Assembly (NCBI GenBank): GCA_964016885.1
Contig: OZ024752.1
Coordinates: 8,928,001-8,992,000, forward strand
Length of the DNA: 64,000 nt
Direction: 5' to 3'
From: Eledone cirrhosa
Taxonomy: Eukaryota
Of this stretch, positions 1-14,236 are shown piece after piece (the first letter of the stretch is position 1; every line of letters begins with the position of its first letter). The notes beneath the pieces are model-generated. The model ran no database searches. It was not told the origin of the DNA and saw only the letters and a program-made list of their open reading frames with translations. The position numbers were made by a program, and so were the translations under genes.

Positions 1-2831
1 GTGGGCTGCCCATGCTGTGGCTTATCATATGGTGGGCTGCATAGGATGTGGCTTATCATATGGTGGGCTGCATAGGATGTGGCTTATCATATGGTGGGCT
101 GCATAGGATGTGGCTTATCATATGGTGGGCTGCATAGGATGCAGCTTATCATATGGTGGGCTGCATAGGATGTGGCTTATCATATGGTGGGCTGCCCATG
201 CTGCGGCTTATCATATGGTGGGCTGCCCATGCTGCGGCTTATCATATGGTGGGCTGCATAGGATGTGGCTTATCATATGGTGGGCCGCATAGGATGTGGC
301 TTATCATATGGTGGGCCGCATAGGATGTGGCTTATCATATGGTGGGCTGCCCATGCTGTGGCTTATCATATGGTGGGCCGCATAGGATGCGGCTTATCAT
401 ATGGTGGGCCGCATAGGATGTGGCTTATCATATGGTGGGCTGCCCATGCTGTGGCTTATCATATGGTGGGCTGCATAGGATGTGGCTTATCATATGGTGG
501 GCTGCATAGGATGTGGCTTATCATATGGTGGGCTGCATAGGATGTGGCTTATCATATGGTGGGCTGCCCATGCTGTGGCTTATCATATGGTGGGCTGCAT
601 AGGATGTGGCTTATCATATGGTGGGCTGCATAGGATGCGGCTTATCATATGGTGGGCTGCCCATGCTGTGGCTTATCATATGGTGGGCTGCCCATGCTGT
701 GGCTTATCATATGGTGGGCTGCATAGGATGTGGCTTATCATATGGTGGGCTGCATAGGATGTGGCTTATCATATGGTGGGCTGCCCATGCTGTGGCTTAT
801 CATATGGTGGGCTGCCCATGCTGTGGCTTATCATATGGTGGGCTGCATAGGATGTGGCTTATCATATGGTGGGCTGCATAGGATGTGGCTTATCATATGG
901 TGGGCTGCCCATGCTGTGGCTTATCATATGGTGGGCCGCATAGGATGTGGCTTATCATATGGTGGGCTGCATAGGATGTGGCTTATCATATGGTGGGCTG
1001 CCCATGCTGTGGCTTATCATATGGTGGGCTGCATAGGATGTGGCTTATCATATGGTGGGCTGCCCATGCTGTGGCTTATCATATGGTGGGCCGCATAGGA
1101 TGTGGCTTATCATATGGTGGGCTGCATAGGATGTGGCTTATCATATGGTGGGCTGCCCATGCTGTGGCTTATCATATGGTGGGCTGCATAGGATGTGGCT
1201 TATCATATGGTGGGCTGCATAGGATGTGGCTTATCATATGGTGGGCTGCCCATGCTGTGGCTTATCATATGGTGGGCTGCCCATGCTGTGGCTTATCATA
1301 TGGTGGGCTGCATAGGATGTGGCTTATCATATGGTGGGCCGCATAGGATGTGGCTTATCATATGGTGGGCTGCATAGGATGTGGCTTATCATATGGTGGG
1401 CTGCCCATGCTGTGGCTTATCATATGGTGGGCTGCCCATGCTGTGGCTTATCATATGGTGGGCTGCATAGGATGTGGCTTATCATATGGTGGGCTGCATA
1501 GGATGTGGCTTATCATATGGTGGGCTGCCCATGCTGTGGCTTATCATATGGTGGGCCGCATAGGATGTGGCTTATCATATGGTGGGCTGCATAGGATGTG
1601 GCTTATCATATGGTGGGCTGCCCATGCTGTGGCTTATCATATGGTGGGCTGCATAGGATGTGGCTTATCATATGGTGGGCTGCATAGGATGTGGCTTATC
1701 ATATGGTGGGCTGCCCATGCTGTGGCTTATCATATGGTGGGCCGCATAGGATGTGGCTTATCATATGGTGGGCTGCATAGGATGTGGCTTATCATATGGT
1801 GGGCTGCCCATGCTGTGGCTTATCATATGGTGGGCTGCATAGGATGTGGCTTATCATATGGTGGGCTGCATAGGATGTGGCTTATCATATGGTGGGCTGC
1901 CCATGCTGTGGCTTATCATATGGTGGGCTGCCCATGCTGTGGCTTATCATATGGTGGGCTGCATAGGATGTGGCTTATCATATGGTGGGCTGCATAGGAT
2001 GTGGCTTATCATATGGTGGGCTGCCCATGCTGTGGCTTATCATATGGTGGGCCGCATAGGATGTGGCTTATCATATGGTGGGCTGCATAGGATGTGGCTT
2101 ATCATATGGTGGGCTGCCCATGCTGTGGCTTATCATATGGTGGGCTGCATAGGATGTGGCTTATCATATGGTGGGCTGCATAGGATGTGGCTTATCATAT
2201 GGTGGGCTGCATAGGATGTGGCTTATCATATGGTGGGCTGCCCATGCTGTGGCTTATCATATGGTGGGCTGCATAGGATGTGGCTTATCATATGGTGGGC
2301 CGCATAGGATGTGGCTTATCATATGGTGGGCCGCATAGGATGTGGCTTATCATATGGTGGGCTGCATAGGATGTGGCTTATCATATGGTGGGCTGCCCAT
2401 GCTGTGGCTTATCATATGGTGGGCTGCATAGGATGTGGCTTATCATATGGTGGGCTGCATAGGATGTGGCTTATCATATGGTGGGCTGCCCATGCTGTGG
2501 CTTATCATATGGTGGGCTGCATAGGATGTGGCTTATCATATGGTGGGCTGCCCATGCTGTGGCTTATCATATGGTGGGCTGCATAGGATGTGGCTTATCA
2601 TATGGTGGGCCGCATAGGATGTGGCTTATCATATGGTGGGCTGCATAGGATGTGGCTTATCATATGGTGGGCTGCCCATGCTGTGGCTTATCATATGGTG
2701 GGCTGCATAGGATGTGGCTTATCATATGGTGGGCTGCATAGGATGTGGCTTATCATATGGTGGGCTGCCCATGCTGTGGCTTATCATATGGTGGGCTGCA
2801 TAGGATGCGGCTTATCATATGGTGGGCCGCA
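1..2831. repeat. 31-bp minisatellite (~90 copies, runs off the left edge)
   Basis: Unit GTGGCTTATCATATGGTGGG followed by CTGCATAGGAT, CTGCCCATGCT or CCGCATAGGAT; variants are interspersed. Confidence 0.98.
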
Positions 2832-2928
2832 CTACTAAAAAATTCAAGGTAATTTTGGAATTAGGCGTGACATTCGGAAAGCCGAGCGGTCCACATGCAG
2901 GTTGTGGACCACAGTTTGCCCATGATTG
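2832..2928. mobile_element. Right end of a hAT (Charlie/Buster-like) non-autonomous element hosting the 31-bp array
   Basis: GGTCCACATGCAGGTTGTGGACCACAGTTTGCCCATGATTG resembles the GGCCGCA...CAGTTTGCCCA-type terminus of Charlie-like MITEs. Confidence 0.55.
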
Positions 2929-3464
2929 TTGTAGACGGATGTTGCAGGAACTCGGTTTTGCTTTTCTTCTCTTCTTGCTCGACGAGGCCGGGGTCATCCT
3001 AAGCCAGCAATCCCTAAGCATCGTTGAGTGTAGAACCAAGTCAGTTCCGTAACAGGTTGATGGTTCTTCTGAGAAAGTTGTTGACCCTCCTCAGAATAGC
3101 CAGATGATGGGGCTGCCATCTTGGTGGCAAGATGACACGCCACGAGTCACTGTTGGGCTGGAACCTCCCCAAGAGACCAGCCGACCTAGGGTGGCCCTAC
3201 AATGAGAGAAGCACCAGATGGTAACATTCTCTCGGATTTAGGGGACACACAAGCCCCCTCGCCACGTCAAGGCTAGACCCAGGAGGGTCCAAAAGATAGG
3301 TATATGTGCCCGTTGACATGGGCCTGCGATTTTGAAGGAGGCATACCATCCTCAAACTCTAGTTGATTTATTCTATTACTTCTAGTAAGTAAAGGAATGA
3401 CCCCGGGATTTGCACCTAGAAAGTTTCCCTCCGAGGTACAAGCCTGGGCAAGGTTGTTTGTGGA

Positions 3465-3710
3465 AGACCAGCAGTCATCCATACCAGTCTCCCCTCTCCA
3501 CGCCACCGATGTTGTCCAGGGGAAAGGCAATGGCTGATACAGCTTGGCACCAGTGACATCACAACTCATTTCTACAGCTGAGTGAACTGGAGCAATGTGA
3601 AATAAAGTGTCTTGCTCAAGGACACAACACATCACCCGGTCTGAGAATCGAACTCACAACCTCAGTATTGTAAGCCCGACACTCTAAGCACTAAGCCATG
3701 CGTATTCACA
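3465..3710 (-). mobile_element. tRNA-derived SINE
   Basis: Minus strand has an A box (TGGCTTAGTG) and B box (GAGTTCGATTC) followed by CCTTGAGCAAGACAC; related copies near 13945, 30210, 33560 and 36240. Confidence 0.8.
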
Positions 3711-3749
3711 TACACCATGTAAATACTAATAATCCATATATATATAAAT

Positions 3750-6700
3750 GAATAGGCTATGTAGCCGGTAAACCCTAAAGGGACGCAACACACATCGCTA
3801 TAGCGTTTCACCAACCCTTTCCTTCTGTTGTCTCTTCCTGTCTATATATTTACCTGTAGATGTGTGTATATGTAGGTTTACACCTGTCTTGTCTCTGTAT
3901 GTCTCTATATTTACCTGTAGATGTGTGTATATGTAGGTTTACACCTGTCTTGTCTCTACCTGTCTATATATTTACCTGTAGATGTGTGTATATGTAGGTT
4001 TACACCTGTCTTGTCTCTGTATGTCTCTATATTTACCTGTAGATGTGTGTATGTAGGTTTACACCTGTCTTGTCTCTACCTGTCTCTATATTTACCTGTA
4101 GATGTGTGTATATGTAGGTTTACACCTGTCTTGTCTCTGTATGTCTCTATATTTACCTGTAGATGTGTGTATGTAGGTTTACACCTGTCTTGTCTCTATC
4201 TGTCTATATATTTACCTGTAGATGTGTGTATATGTAGGTTTACACCTGTCTTGTCTCTGTATGTCTCTATATTTACCTGTAGATGTGTGTATATGTAGGT
4301 TTACACCTGTCTTGTCTCTAGCTGTCTATATATTTACCTGTAGATGTGTGTATATGTAGGTTTACACCTGTCTTGTCTCTACCTGTCTATATATTTACCT
4401 GTAGATGTGTGTATATGTAGGTTTACACCTGTCTTGTCTCTGTATGTCTCTATATTTACCTGTAGATGTGTGTATATGTAGGTTTACACCTGTCTTGTCT
4501 ATATCTGTCTATATATTTACCTGTAGATGTGTGTATATGTAGGTTTACACCTGTCTTGTCTCTGTATGTCTCTATATTTACCTGTAGATGTGTGTATATG
4601 TAGGTTTACACCTGTCTTGTCTCTAGCTGTCTATATATTTACCTGTAGATGTGTGTATATGTAGGTTTACACCTGTCTTGTCTCTACCTGTCTATATATT
4701 TACCTGTAGATGTGTGTATATGTAGGTTTACACCTGTCTTGTCTCTGTATGTCTCTATATTTACCTGTAGATGTGTGTATATGTAGGTTTACACCTGTCT
4801 TGTCTCTATCTGTCTATATATCTACCTGTAGATGTGTGTATATGTAGGTTTATACCTCTCTTGTCTCTATCTGTCTATATATTTACCTGTAGATGTATGT
4901 ATATGTAGGTTTACACCTGTCTTGTCTCTACCTGTCTATATATTTACCTGTAGATGTGTGTATATGTAGGTTTACACCTGTCTTGTCTCTAGCTGTCTCT
5001 ATATTTACCTGTAGATGTATGTATATGTAGGTTTACACCTGTCTTGTCTCTATCTGTCTATATATTTACCTGTAGATGTATGTATATGTAGGTTTACACC
5101 TGTCTTGTCTCTATCTGTCTCTATATTTACCTGTAGATGTGTGTATATGTAGGTTTACACCTGTCTTGTCTCTATCTGTCTATATATTTACCTGTAGATG
5201 TATGTATATGTAGGTTTACACCTGTCTTGTCTCTTCCTGTCTCTATATTTACCTGTAGATGTGTGTATATGTAGGTTTACACCTGTCTTGTCTCTACCTG
5301 TCTATATATTTACCTGTAGATGTGTGTATATGTAGGTTTACACCTGTCTTGTCTCTGTATGTCTCTATATTTACCTGTAGATGTGTGTATATGTAGGTTT
5401 ACACCTGTCTTGTCTCTTCCTGTCTATATATTTACCTGTAGATGTGTGTATATGTAGGTTTACACCTGTCTTGTCTCTAGCTGTCTATATATTTACCTGT
5501 AGATGTGTGTATATGTAGGTTTACACCTGTCTTGTCTCTATCTGTCTATATATTTACCTGTAGATGTGTGTATATGTAGGTTTACACCTCTCTTGTCTCT
5601 ATCTGTCTATATATTTACCTGTAGATGTGTGTATATGTAGGTTTACACCTGTCTTGTCTCTGTATGTCTCTATATTTACCTGTAGATGTGTGTATATGTA
5701 GGTTTACACCTGTCTTGTCTCTACCTGTCTATATATTTACCTGTAGATGTATGTATATGTAGGTTTACACCTGTCTTGTCTCTGTATGTCTCTATATTTA
5801 CCTGTAGATGTGTGTATATGTAGGTTTGCACCTGTCTTGTCTCTTCCTGTCTATATATTTACCTGTAGATGTGTGTATATGTAGGTTTACACCTCTCTTG
5901 TCTCTATCTGTCTATATATTTACCTGTAGATGTGTGTATATGTAGGTTTACACCTGTCTTGTCTCTATCTGTTTATATATTTACCTGTAGATGTGTGTAT
6001 ATGTAGGTTTACACCTGTCTTGTCTCTGTATGTCTATATATTTACCTGTAGATGTGTGTATATGTAGGTTTACACCTGTCTTGTCTCTACCTGTCTATAT
6101 ATTTACCTGTAGATGTGTGTATATGTAGGTTTACACCTCTCTTGTCTCTATCTGTCTATATATTTACCTGTAGATGTGTGAATATGTAGGTTTACACCTG
6201 TCTTGTCTCTACCTGTCTATATATTTACCTGTAGATGTGTGTATATGTAGGTTTACACCTCTCTTGTCTCTATCTGTCTATATATTTACCTGTAGATGTG
6301 TGTATATGTAGGTTTACACCTGTCTTGTCTCTATCTGTTTATATATTTACCTGTAGATGTGTGTATATGTAGGTTTACACCTCTCTTGTCTCTATCTGTC
6401 TATATATTTACCTGTAGATGTGTGTATATGTAGGTTTACACCTGTCTTGTCTCTATATGTCTATATATCTACCTGTAGATGTGTGTATATGTAGGTTTAC
6501 ACCTGTCTTGTCTCTATCTGTCTATATATCTACCTGTAGATGTGTGTATATGTAGGTTTACACCTGTCTTGTCTCTATCTGTCTATATATCTACCTGTAG
6601 ATGTGTGTATATGTAGGTTTACACCTGTCTTGTCTCTATCTGTCTATATATCTACCTGTAGATGTGTGTATATGTAGGTTTACACCTGTCTTGTCTCTAT

Positions 6701-8711
6701 CTGTCTATATATTTACCTGTAGATGTGTGTATATGTAGGTTTACACCTGTCTTGTCTCTTCCTGTCTATATATTTACCTGTAGATGTGTGTATATGTAGG
6801 TTTACACCTCTCTTGTCTCTAGCTGTCTATATATTTACCTGTAGATGTGTGTATATGTAGGTTTACACCTGTCTTGTCTCTGTATGTCTCTATATTTACC
6901 TGTAGATGTATGTATATGTAGGTTTACACCTGTCTTGTCTCTTCCTGTCTATATATCTACCTGTAGATGTATGTATATGTAGGTTTACACCTGTCTTGTC
7001 TCTATCTGTCTATATATCTACCTGTAGATGTGTGTATATGTAGGTTTACACCTGTCTTGTCTCTGTATGTCTCTATATTTACCTGTAGATGTGTGTATAT
7101 GTAGGTTTACACCTGTCTTGTCTCTACCTGTCTATATATTTACCTGTAGATGTGTGTATATGTAGGTTTACACCTGTCTTGTCTCTGTATGTCTCTATAT
7201 TTACCTGTAGATGTGTGTATATGTAGGTTTACACCTGTCTTGTCTCTGTATGTCTCTATATTTACCTGTAGATGTGTGTATATGTAGGTTTACACCTGTC
7301 TTGTCTCTGTATGTCTCTATATTTACCTGTAGATGTGTGTATATGTAGGTTTACACCTGTCTTGTCTCTGTATGTCTCTATATTTACCTGTAGATGTGTG
7401 TATATGTAGGTTTACACCTGTCTTGTCTCTATCTGTCTATATATTTACCTGTAGATGTATGTATATGTAGGTTTACACCTGTCTTGTCTCTTCCTGTCTA
7501 TATATTTACCTGTAGATGTGTGTATATGTAGGTTTACACCTGTCTTGTCTCTATCTGTCTATATATTTACCTGTAGATGTGTGTATATGTAGGTTTACAC
7601 CTGTCTTGTCTCTACCTGTCTATATATTTACCTGTAGATGTGTGTATATGTAGGTTTACACCTCTCTTGTCTCTATCTGTCTATATATTTACCTGTAGAT
7701 GTGTGTATATGTAGGTTTACACCTCTCTTGTCTCTATCTGTCTATATATTTACCTGTAGATGTGTGTATATGTAGGTTTACACCTGTCTTGTCTCTACCT
7801 GTCTATATATCTACCTGTAGATGTGTGTATATGTAGGTTTACACCTGTCTTGTCTCTGTATGTCTCTATATTTACCTGTAGATGTGTGTATATGTAGGTT
7901 TACACCTCTCTTGTCTCTATCTGTCTATATATTTACCTGTAGATGTGTGTATATGTAGGTTTACACCTGTCTTGTCTCTATCTGTCTATATATTTACCTG
8001 TAGATGTGTGTATATGTAGGTTTACACCTGTCTTGTCTCTACCTGTCTATATATTTACCTGTAGATGTGTGTATATGTAGGTTTACACCTGTCTTGTCTC
8101 TACCTGTCTATATATTTACCTGTAGATGTGTGTATATGTAGGTTTACACCTGTCTTGTCTCTGTATGTCTCTATATTTACCTGTAGATGTGTGTATATGT
8201 AGGTTTACACCTGTCTTGTCTCTGTATGTCTCTATATTTACCTGTAGATGTGTGTATATGTAGGTTTACACCTCTCTTGTCTCTATCTGTCTATATATTT
8301 ACCTGTAGATGTGTGTATATGTAGGTTTACACCTGTCTTGTCTCTTCCTGTCTATATATTTACCTGTAGATGTATGTATATGTAGGTTTACACCTGTCTT
8401 GTCTCTATCTGTCTATATATTTACCTGTAGATGTGTGTATATGTAGGTTTGCACCTGTCTTCTCTCTGTATGTCTCTATATTTACCTGTAGATGTATGTA
8501 TATGTAGGTTTACACCTGTCTTGTCTCTATCTGTCTATATATTTACCTGTAGATGTGTGTATGTAACTAAAGTGTAACGTACGTTACCAATGGACGACTA
8601 AATGATTTTAACTTGTGTTTTAACAACTGATGGTGGAAAAGATTTCAAATTGTTTTAATTCGAGCCGCAACTCATGGTGTCTGACCCTTTTACCGGCTAC
8701 ATAGCCTCTTC
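3750..8711. mobile_element. TIR MITE expanded by an internal satellite
   Basis: TIRs GAATAGGCTATGTAGCCGGTAAA (3750-3772) and TTTACCGGCTACATAGCCTCTTC (8689-8711); unexpanded sibling at 9641-9916. Confidence 0.85.
3830..8565. repeat. 61-bp minisatellite (~77 copies)
   Basis: Unit TTTACCTGTAGATGTGTGTATATGTAGGTTTACACCTGTCTTGTCTCTATCTGTCTATATA, with point variants. Confidence 0.98.
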
Positions 8712-9050
8712 CAATTATATATGGTTACAAGTGTATAATGATGCAAGACAACATTAAAACTGGGAGTATAGTTCTGTGAAAGAATTATATAACAAATTTA
8801 ATCCAGGACCTTCTCACTCCTATCAGAGGAAATCCCTTCCTGATTGACCTCCACAGTTTTCTGTCTTGGTTTTGGCCATGTCAGGGGTGTAGCCGTACTC
8901 ACCACACTTGACCAATTGCGGGGTTTGTGAGGTTATTTAACTCATAGCTGGGTAAACTTATTTCTACAGCTAAGTGAACTGGAGCATCGTGAAACAACAG
9001 ATGCTATATTAACAAAACATCAAAGTATCTATGTATAAATAAGGTCTTAC

Positions 9051-9198
9051 CTTTCGATCTCTCTTTCTTGTTCGATACGCTGTTTCTAAGGATTGGAGGT
9101 AGAGGTAGTTTATAAGGGAACACTTCTTTATAATTGTTGAATTTTCCATGAAAACCCGGTCGCCGACCCCGATTTAATGTTTGGGTAAGTCGCGTCAT
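9051..9198 (-). CDS. Probable first coding exon of an unidentified gene continuing beyond the left edge (MTRLTQTLNRGRRPGFHGKFNNYKEVFPYKLPLPPILRNSVSNKKERSK)
   Basis: ATG at 9198, strong donor AAG|GTAAGA, unique CpG-richer context, promoter-like motif at 9559-9572; no homology recognised. Confidence 0.45.
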
Positions 9199-9640
9199 TT
9201 GAAGATTATTTCTGTTGCTGCTGTTTCTAACAAACCTAACGACCACGACGAAGCTCCTTCGTTAAGTGGAAGTTGATTGAGTTCGGAGGAAAACAACGTG
9301 CTTAAATTTCACCTTCAAACCTACTTCCGATCGCCGTAGTTTGACGATATAAAAACTGATTCGTTTTTATTAGAGTTTGGTTTAACTGTTAAAATTTTCT
9401 AATTTTAATAATATTTTGTATATTTTCAACATTTTAGTAAGTTTAATTCTAAACAACGTTATTTATATGTTTAATAACATGGATTAACTATATTTACAAA
9501 AATACGACAGTCTAACGGTTTATGGCAACTAAGGGAAGCTACACAAAGTTATAAATCCAAGGGAAATAACTCTGTATAACTCGCACCTGTGTTAAGAAAT
9601 TAGTGGAAACAGGACCGCGTAGTAAAGTTGTTGTTTTTTT

Positions 9641-9916
9641 AATAACCTATTGTGCCGGTAAACCCTAAAGGGCCGCAACACACATCGCTATAGCGTTTTA
9701 CCAGCCCCCTCTGTTGTCTCTATCTATTTATGTATTTACCTGGAGATGTGTGTGTATGTAACTAAAACGTAACGTACGTTACGAATGGACGACTAAATGA
9801 TTTAAACTTATTTTTTAACAATTGATGGTGGAAAGGATAATAAATTGTCTTAATTCAGACCGTAAAAGGCCGCAACTCGTGGTGTTTGACACTCTTACCG
9901 GCTACATAGCCTCTTC
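9641..9916. mobile_element. MITE, unexpanded sibling of 3750-8711
   Basis: Colinear with both flanks of the 61-bp array; contains roughly one monomer-like unit. Confidence 0.85.
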
Positions 9917-12866
9917 CTTTTTTTTTTCTCTCTCGACCTGTTAGAAATAGCAGACAAATCTTACTCAACTGCATTAAAAACTAAACAATATATTATATAA
10001 CCTTCTTCTTTGTTCACTTATTCCTGAGAAGGTCGTGGGAGCAGTCCTCAAACACTCCTCGTCAGAAGCAACCGTCTCTAACTAATCCGACTGGATCCCT
10101 AAGCGAGACCAGTCAAGCTCATGGATGTTACCCAACTATTTTGCTTGGGGTCTCCTGCCAGTTGCCCGTAAAATCTGCCCAGCTATACTTTCCTGAGACA
10201 TTCTAACCACATGTCGGAGCTGTGAGAAGTAGCAGTATCTTATAATCTACTTTTAGTTATTCCTAAAATAACGGGATGACCAAAGATGGATGATCATTTG
10301 CCCACTCAATCAGGGTTAACTAAAGGCTAAACAGCTCTTAAAACATTTTAAATTCTTGCATGCTCTAATTTTACCGAGTGAGTTGTTATAATAATAATAA
10401 TTGTTTCTACGTTTGGCACAAGGCCAGCAATTATCCAGTGCATTACTGGTACTTTATTTTATCGACCACATAAGGATGAAAGGCAAAATTAACCTCGGCG
10501 AATGATTTCTAGTATAGGCACAAGGCCAGTAATTTTGGTGGGAGGGAAAGTCAGGAAAGTGAACAGTGTACGAGTCATGATATACACACACACATGTATG
10601 TATATGGAGGGGGAATATCAGGTGTAGTGTTGGCGAATTTCAGGAAGTTTTGAAGGATGCAGTGTTCCAACAGCTAACTGATGCAGGTAGTTTGTGAAAA
10701 ATTATTTTTGAAAGTTATGGGAGTTGTGCTGTTTTTGATTTTGTAAGCATGTCTATGTGTGTTTAGACATATAGGATTCAAAAAGGTGCTTAGGGTTGTT
10801 GTTGGAAAGATGGTTAATAATCTTGTGGATGTCTACCAAGTCAGTTGCCAGACGTCAGAGCATCTGATGAAATGCCTGGTATTTATTTCAGATCCTTGCA
10901 TTCATCATTTAATGTCCATTTTCCATGTTTGAATGGGTTAGACAGGTTGTCACATTATAAGACAAGTCAGGTCCAGAGGCCACAAGATGCTCATACAGAT
11001 CTATATTTTGACTTGGTTTCTATAGCTGGATGCCCTTTCCTAATACCATCCATGTTAGTGTGGACTGGGGCTGCTTTTCATTGTGGCACAGTTCAAATTC
11101 TGCCTTGGTCAACTTAGCTTTTCAACCTTGTCGAGGTTGATGAATAAAATACCAGCCTAAGGTGGTAATCTGATGGAATTGTTCAGCTCTTAGAAGTTTC
11201 AGTTGAAATCTTGTGATCTACTTCAGTGATGGACTTAATGCAAACATTCAAGTCAGGTCTCCTGTTTAACCCTTTAGCATTTAAACCAGTTGTATCCAGT
11301 CAGAATTCTCTCATCTTTTTCTGTTCAAACCAGCCACTCATACTGATGTTAAGGTATTGTTCTCAAAATCTAATAGATTCAATATTATGCGAGTAAAGCC
11401 TTTACCACAAAAATACAATAGTATATATGGAGTAATCATCATCACCGTTTAACATCCTCTTTTCCATGCTGGCATGGGTTAGATGAGTTATCTTGTGAGC
11501 AATGCCAGGTCAGGTGAGCATAACATGCTCATACAGAACTGATTTTCGCTTGGTTCCTACAGTTGGATGCCCTTCTTAGCGCCTAATGTAAATGCTAAAG
11601 GGTTAAGCATACCTTTATCCTTCCTTCCCAAGTCTTGGAGACCCTGAAAACATTGAGCCTCTGGACTAGCTGATTTAAAAATAAAATATAGAAGTTTACT
11701 TCTTCAAATATAGTTATTCTGTAAGGTTGCTCTAAACTTTTAACTTTGAAGAACAATAACTCATTTTAAGGACTTAAATTTATGACATGTTCACAAATTC
11801 AAGCCCTGAAACAGGCCAAACAAACAACAAATTTTCCTCCTTCAAATATAGTTATCTAAATGTAAATGCTAAAGGGTTAAGCTTACCTTTTTCCTTCCCT
11901 CCCAACAGTCTTGGAGGCCCTGAAAAAACCCAGGGCCTCTGGACTAGATGATTAAAAAATAAAACTGTAAAACTGCAGTTAATGTTTAGATTCTATTTAT
12001 TAATGCTTTTTTTTTCCATGATATCTCTGGAGATAAATAGTTCTTTCTGGAATTGTCACTTAAATAGTACAGAGGAAACATGGGAGGAAATGTACAGAAA
12101 TGGCATTTGATAGTGAAGAGTAAAATACAGGAACGTCCATATTTTTAATGTGACGAATCGCTGAGTTTATTATACTCATAACGGTCCGATACTGAATTTT
12201 AGAGAATGATAAATATAAGTGAAATATTGACCAATTACATTTATCATCATCATCACCATAATGATCATGAAATCTTGACCATCTACATTCACACAATATA
12301 TATATATTATTAGTACAGATTAAAATTTAAGCAAAGAATCACTGCTTTCACTATATTACGGGATCTTCTTAAACTCCTGTAATAGGGTGAGTTCTTTGCT
12401 TAAACTTTAATCTGTAAAAATAATAAATATTTTCTCTACAGGTTTATATATACAATCCTTATCGAGCCCTCTTTGGATTTTGGTCTTCGTAATTATTACT
12501 ATATATATATGTATATATATAGCTTAGTGATTGTAATGTCACGTTACTGTAGGTTCACCAAAGTGTGCAATTGATGTGTAGTCTCTAGTAGGTACTTTGG
12601 TGTTGTACTAAGCAGAGTATAATATTAATAATAATAATACATTTGGACGAGGTGTCAAATTTTCATTAAGCTAACAGAAGTCTGATGAGCTATTGATTCC
12701 AGAGTCGGGCTCAATTGATAGAGAGCAAACCTTGAGCTGATCAATCATGAAACACACGTTACACCTGAATAACCTTAATGAAAATTTGACACCTCATCCA
12801 TATTTATTATTAATTATATATATACATATATGTGTGTGTGTAAATGAAAACAAGTTAAAAAGTACT

Positions 12867-12976
12867 TTAATCAGTGTTTAACATAGATTTGATCCTGTCT
12901 TTGTTGGAAAATAAGCAATAAGCAGCAGCCAGGCTAAAGCCAATACCACCAGCACGGACACATTTTTTAAAGCCAG
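12867..12976 (-). CDS. TIMM23: TIM23 translocase subunit, exon 7 (AGFKKCVRAGGIGFSLAAAYCLFSNKDRIKSMLNTD*)
   Basis: CAG acceptor, phase consistent with exon 6, TAA stop; similar to the Tim23 C-terminal TM segment. Confidence 0.92.
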
Positions 12977-14236
12977 CTGGAATATAGAAATAAAAAGATA
13001 TAAGGAATATGATTAAATAACAGAAAATACATTACAATAAATATAATAGAAACTTTTATAGAATAATCTTTGTTTCTAGTATTTTATTAAATAATATACT
13101 TTTATGTTTATGACTTGTATTCTAAACTAAACTTTTAACTTTGAAGAACAATAATTGTTATGTTAAGGCCTTGAATTTCAACATCATCATTGTTTAACGT
13201 CTATCTTCCACGCTAGCATGGGTTTAGACGGGAATTGTCCCACTTGAGGCAAGATTGGTCGTCTCGCTCGTATAGGATTGTCTGGCAGGTTTTCTACGGC
13301 TGGATACCCTACATATTTATGTCTACATATTCAGAAATTGAAACCCTTTAACGTTTACATTATATATACTATTATATTTTCACAGTAAATGCTTTATCTC
13401 ACATAATATCAAATCTATAAGATTTTGATACTATTTATTTTGAGAGCAATACCTTAACATCAGTATGAACAGCCGGTTATGGCCAGTTTAAACAGAAAGA
13501 GGTGAGAGAATTCTGGTCGGATATGGCCAGTTTAAATGCTAAAGAGTTAACAGGTCAAACAAACATAGAAATTTACTTCTTCAAATATAGTTATTCCGTA
13601 AGGTTGCTCTAAACTTTTAACAAGAGCTTAAATTTATGACATGTTCACAAATTCAAGCCCTTAAACAGGTCAAACAAACACACACAGAACTTTCCTCTTT
13701 CAAATATAGTTACAGTGAAATCTCAGCAGTGTCAAATATCAACTTGCTTCACTCAGTTGCCCTTCTGTATTGTTTGGACCTGGTGTCATCATCAACATCA
13801 TTTTACGTCCGCCTCTCCCTGCTTGCAAGGGTGGGATGGGAACTGATTCTGACTCGATTTCTACAGCTAGATGCCCTTCCTAACACCAACCTCATTTACA
13901 GTGAGTGCTGGGTGCTCTTTTTCCATTGCGCCTACACGACCACTTTGCAGCTGAGTAAACTGGAGCAATGTGAAATAAAGTGTCTTGTTCAAGGAAACAA
14001 CACATCACCCGGTCTGAGAAATGAACTCACAACCTTTCGATTGCAAGGCTAATGCTCTAACCACTAAGCCATATGCCTCCATGTGTATATATTGATTTAC
14101 CACACCACATTAATACATAAATCAAGTGAACTAATTCTTCTATTTTCAGTAGAGAACATTTGCCCTAAAAAGTTATATCAACAATAAATTTATTCCTGTT
14201 ATAAGAAAAATATTTTTCTCAACAAATAATTCTTAC

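Noticed and set aside
1-2831. CRISPR-like array or repeat-protein ORFs (MAYHMVG...)
   Set aside because: There are no unique spacers, only two or three recurring variants. The context is eukaryotic with no cas genes, and the ORFs are artefacts of the 31-bp period.
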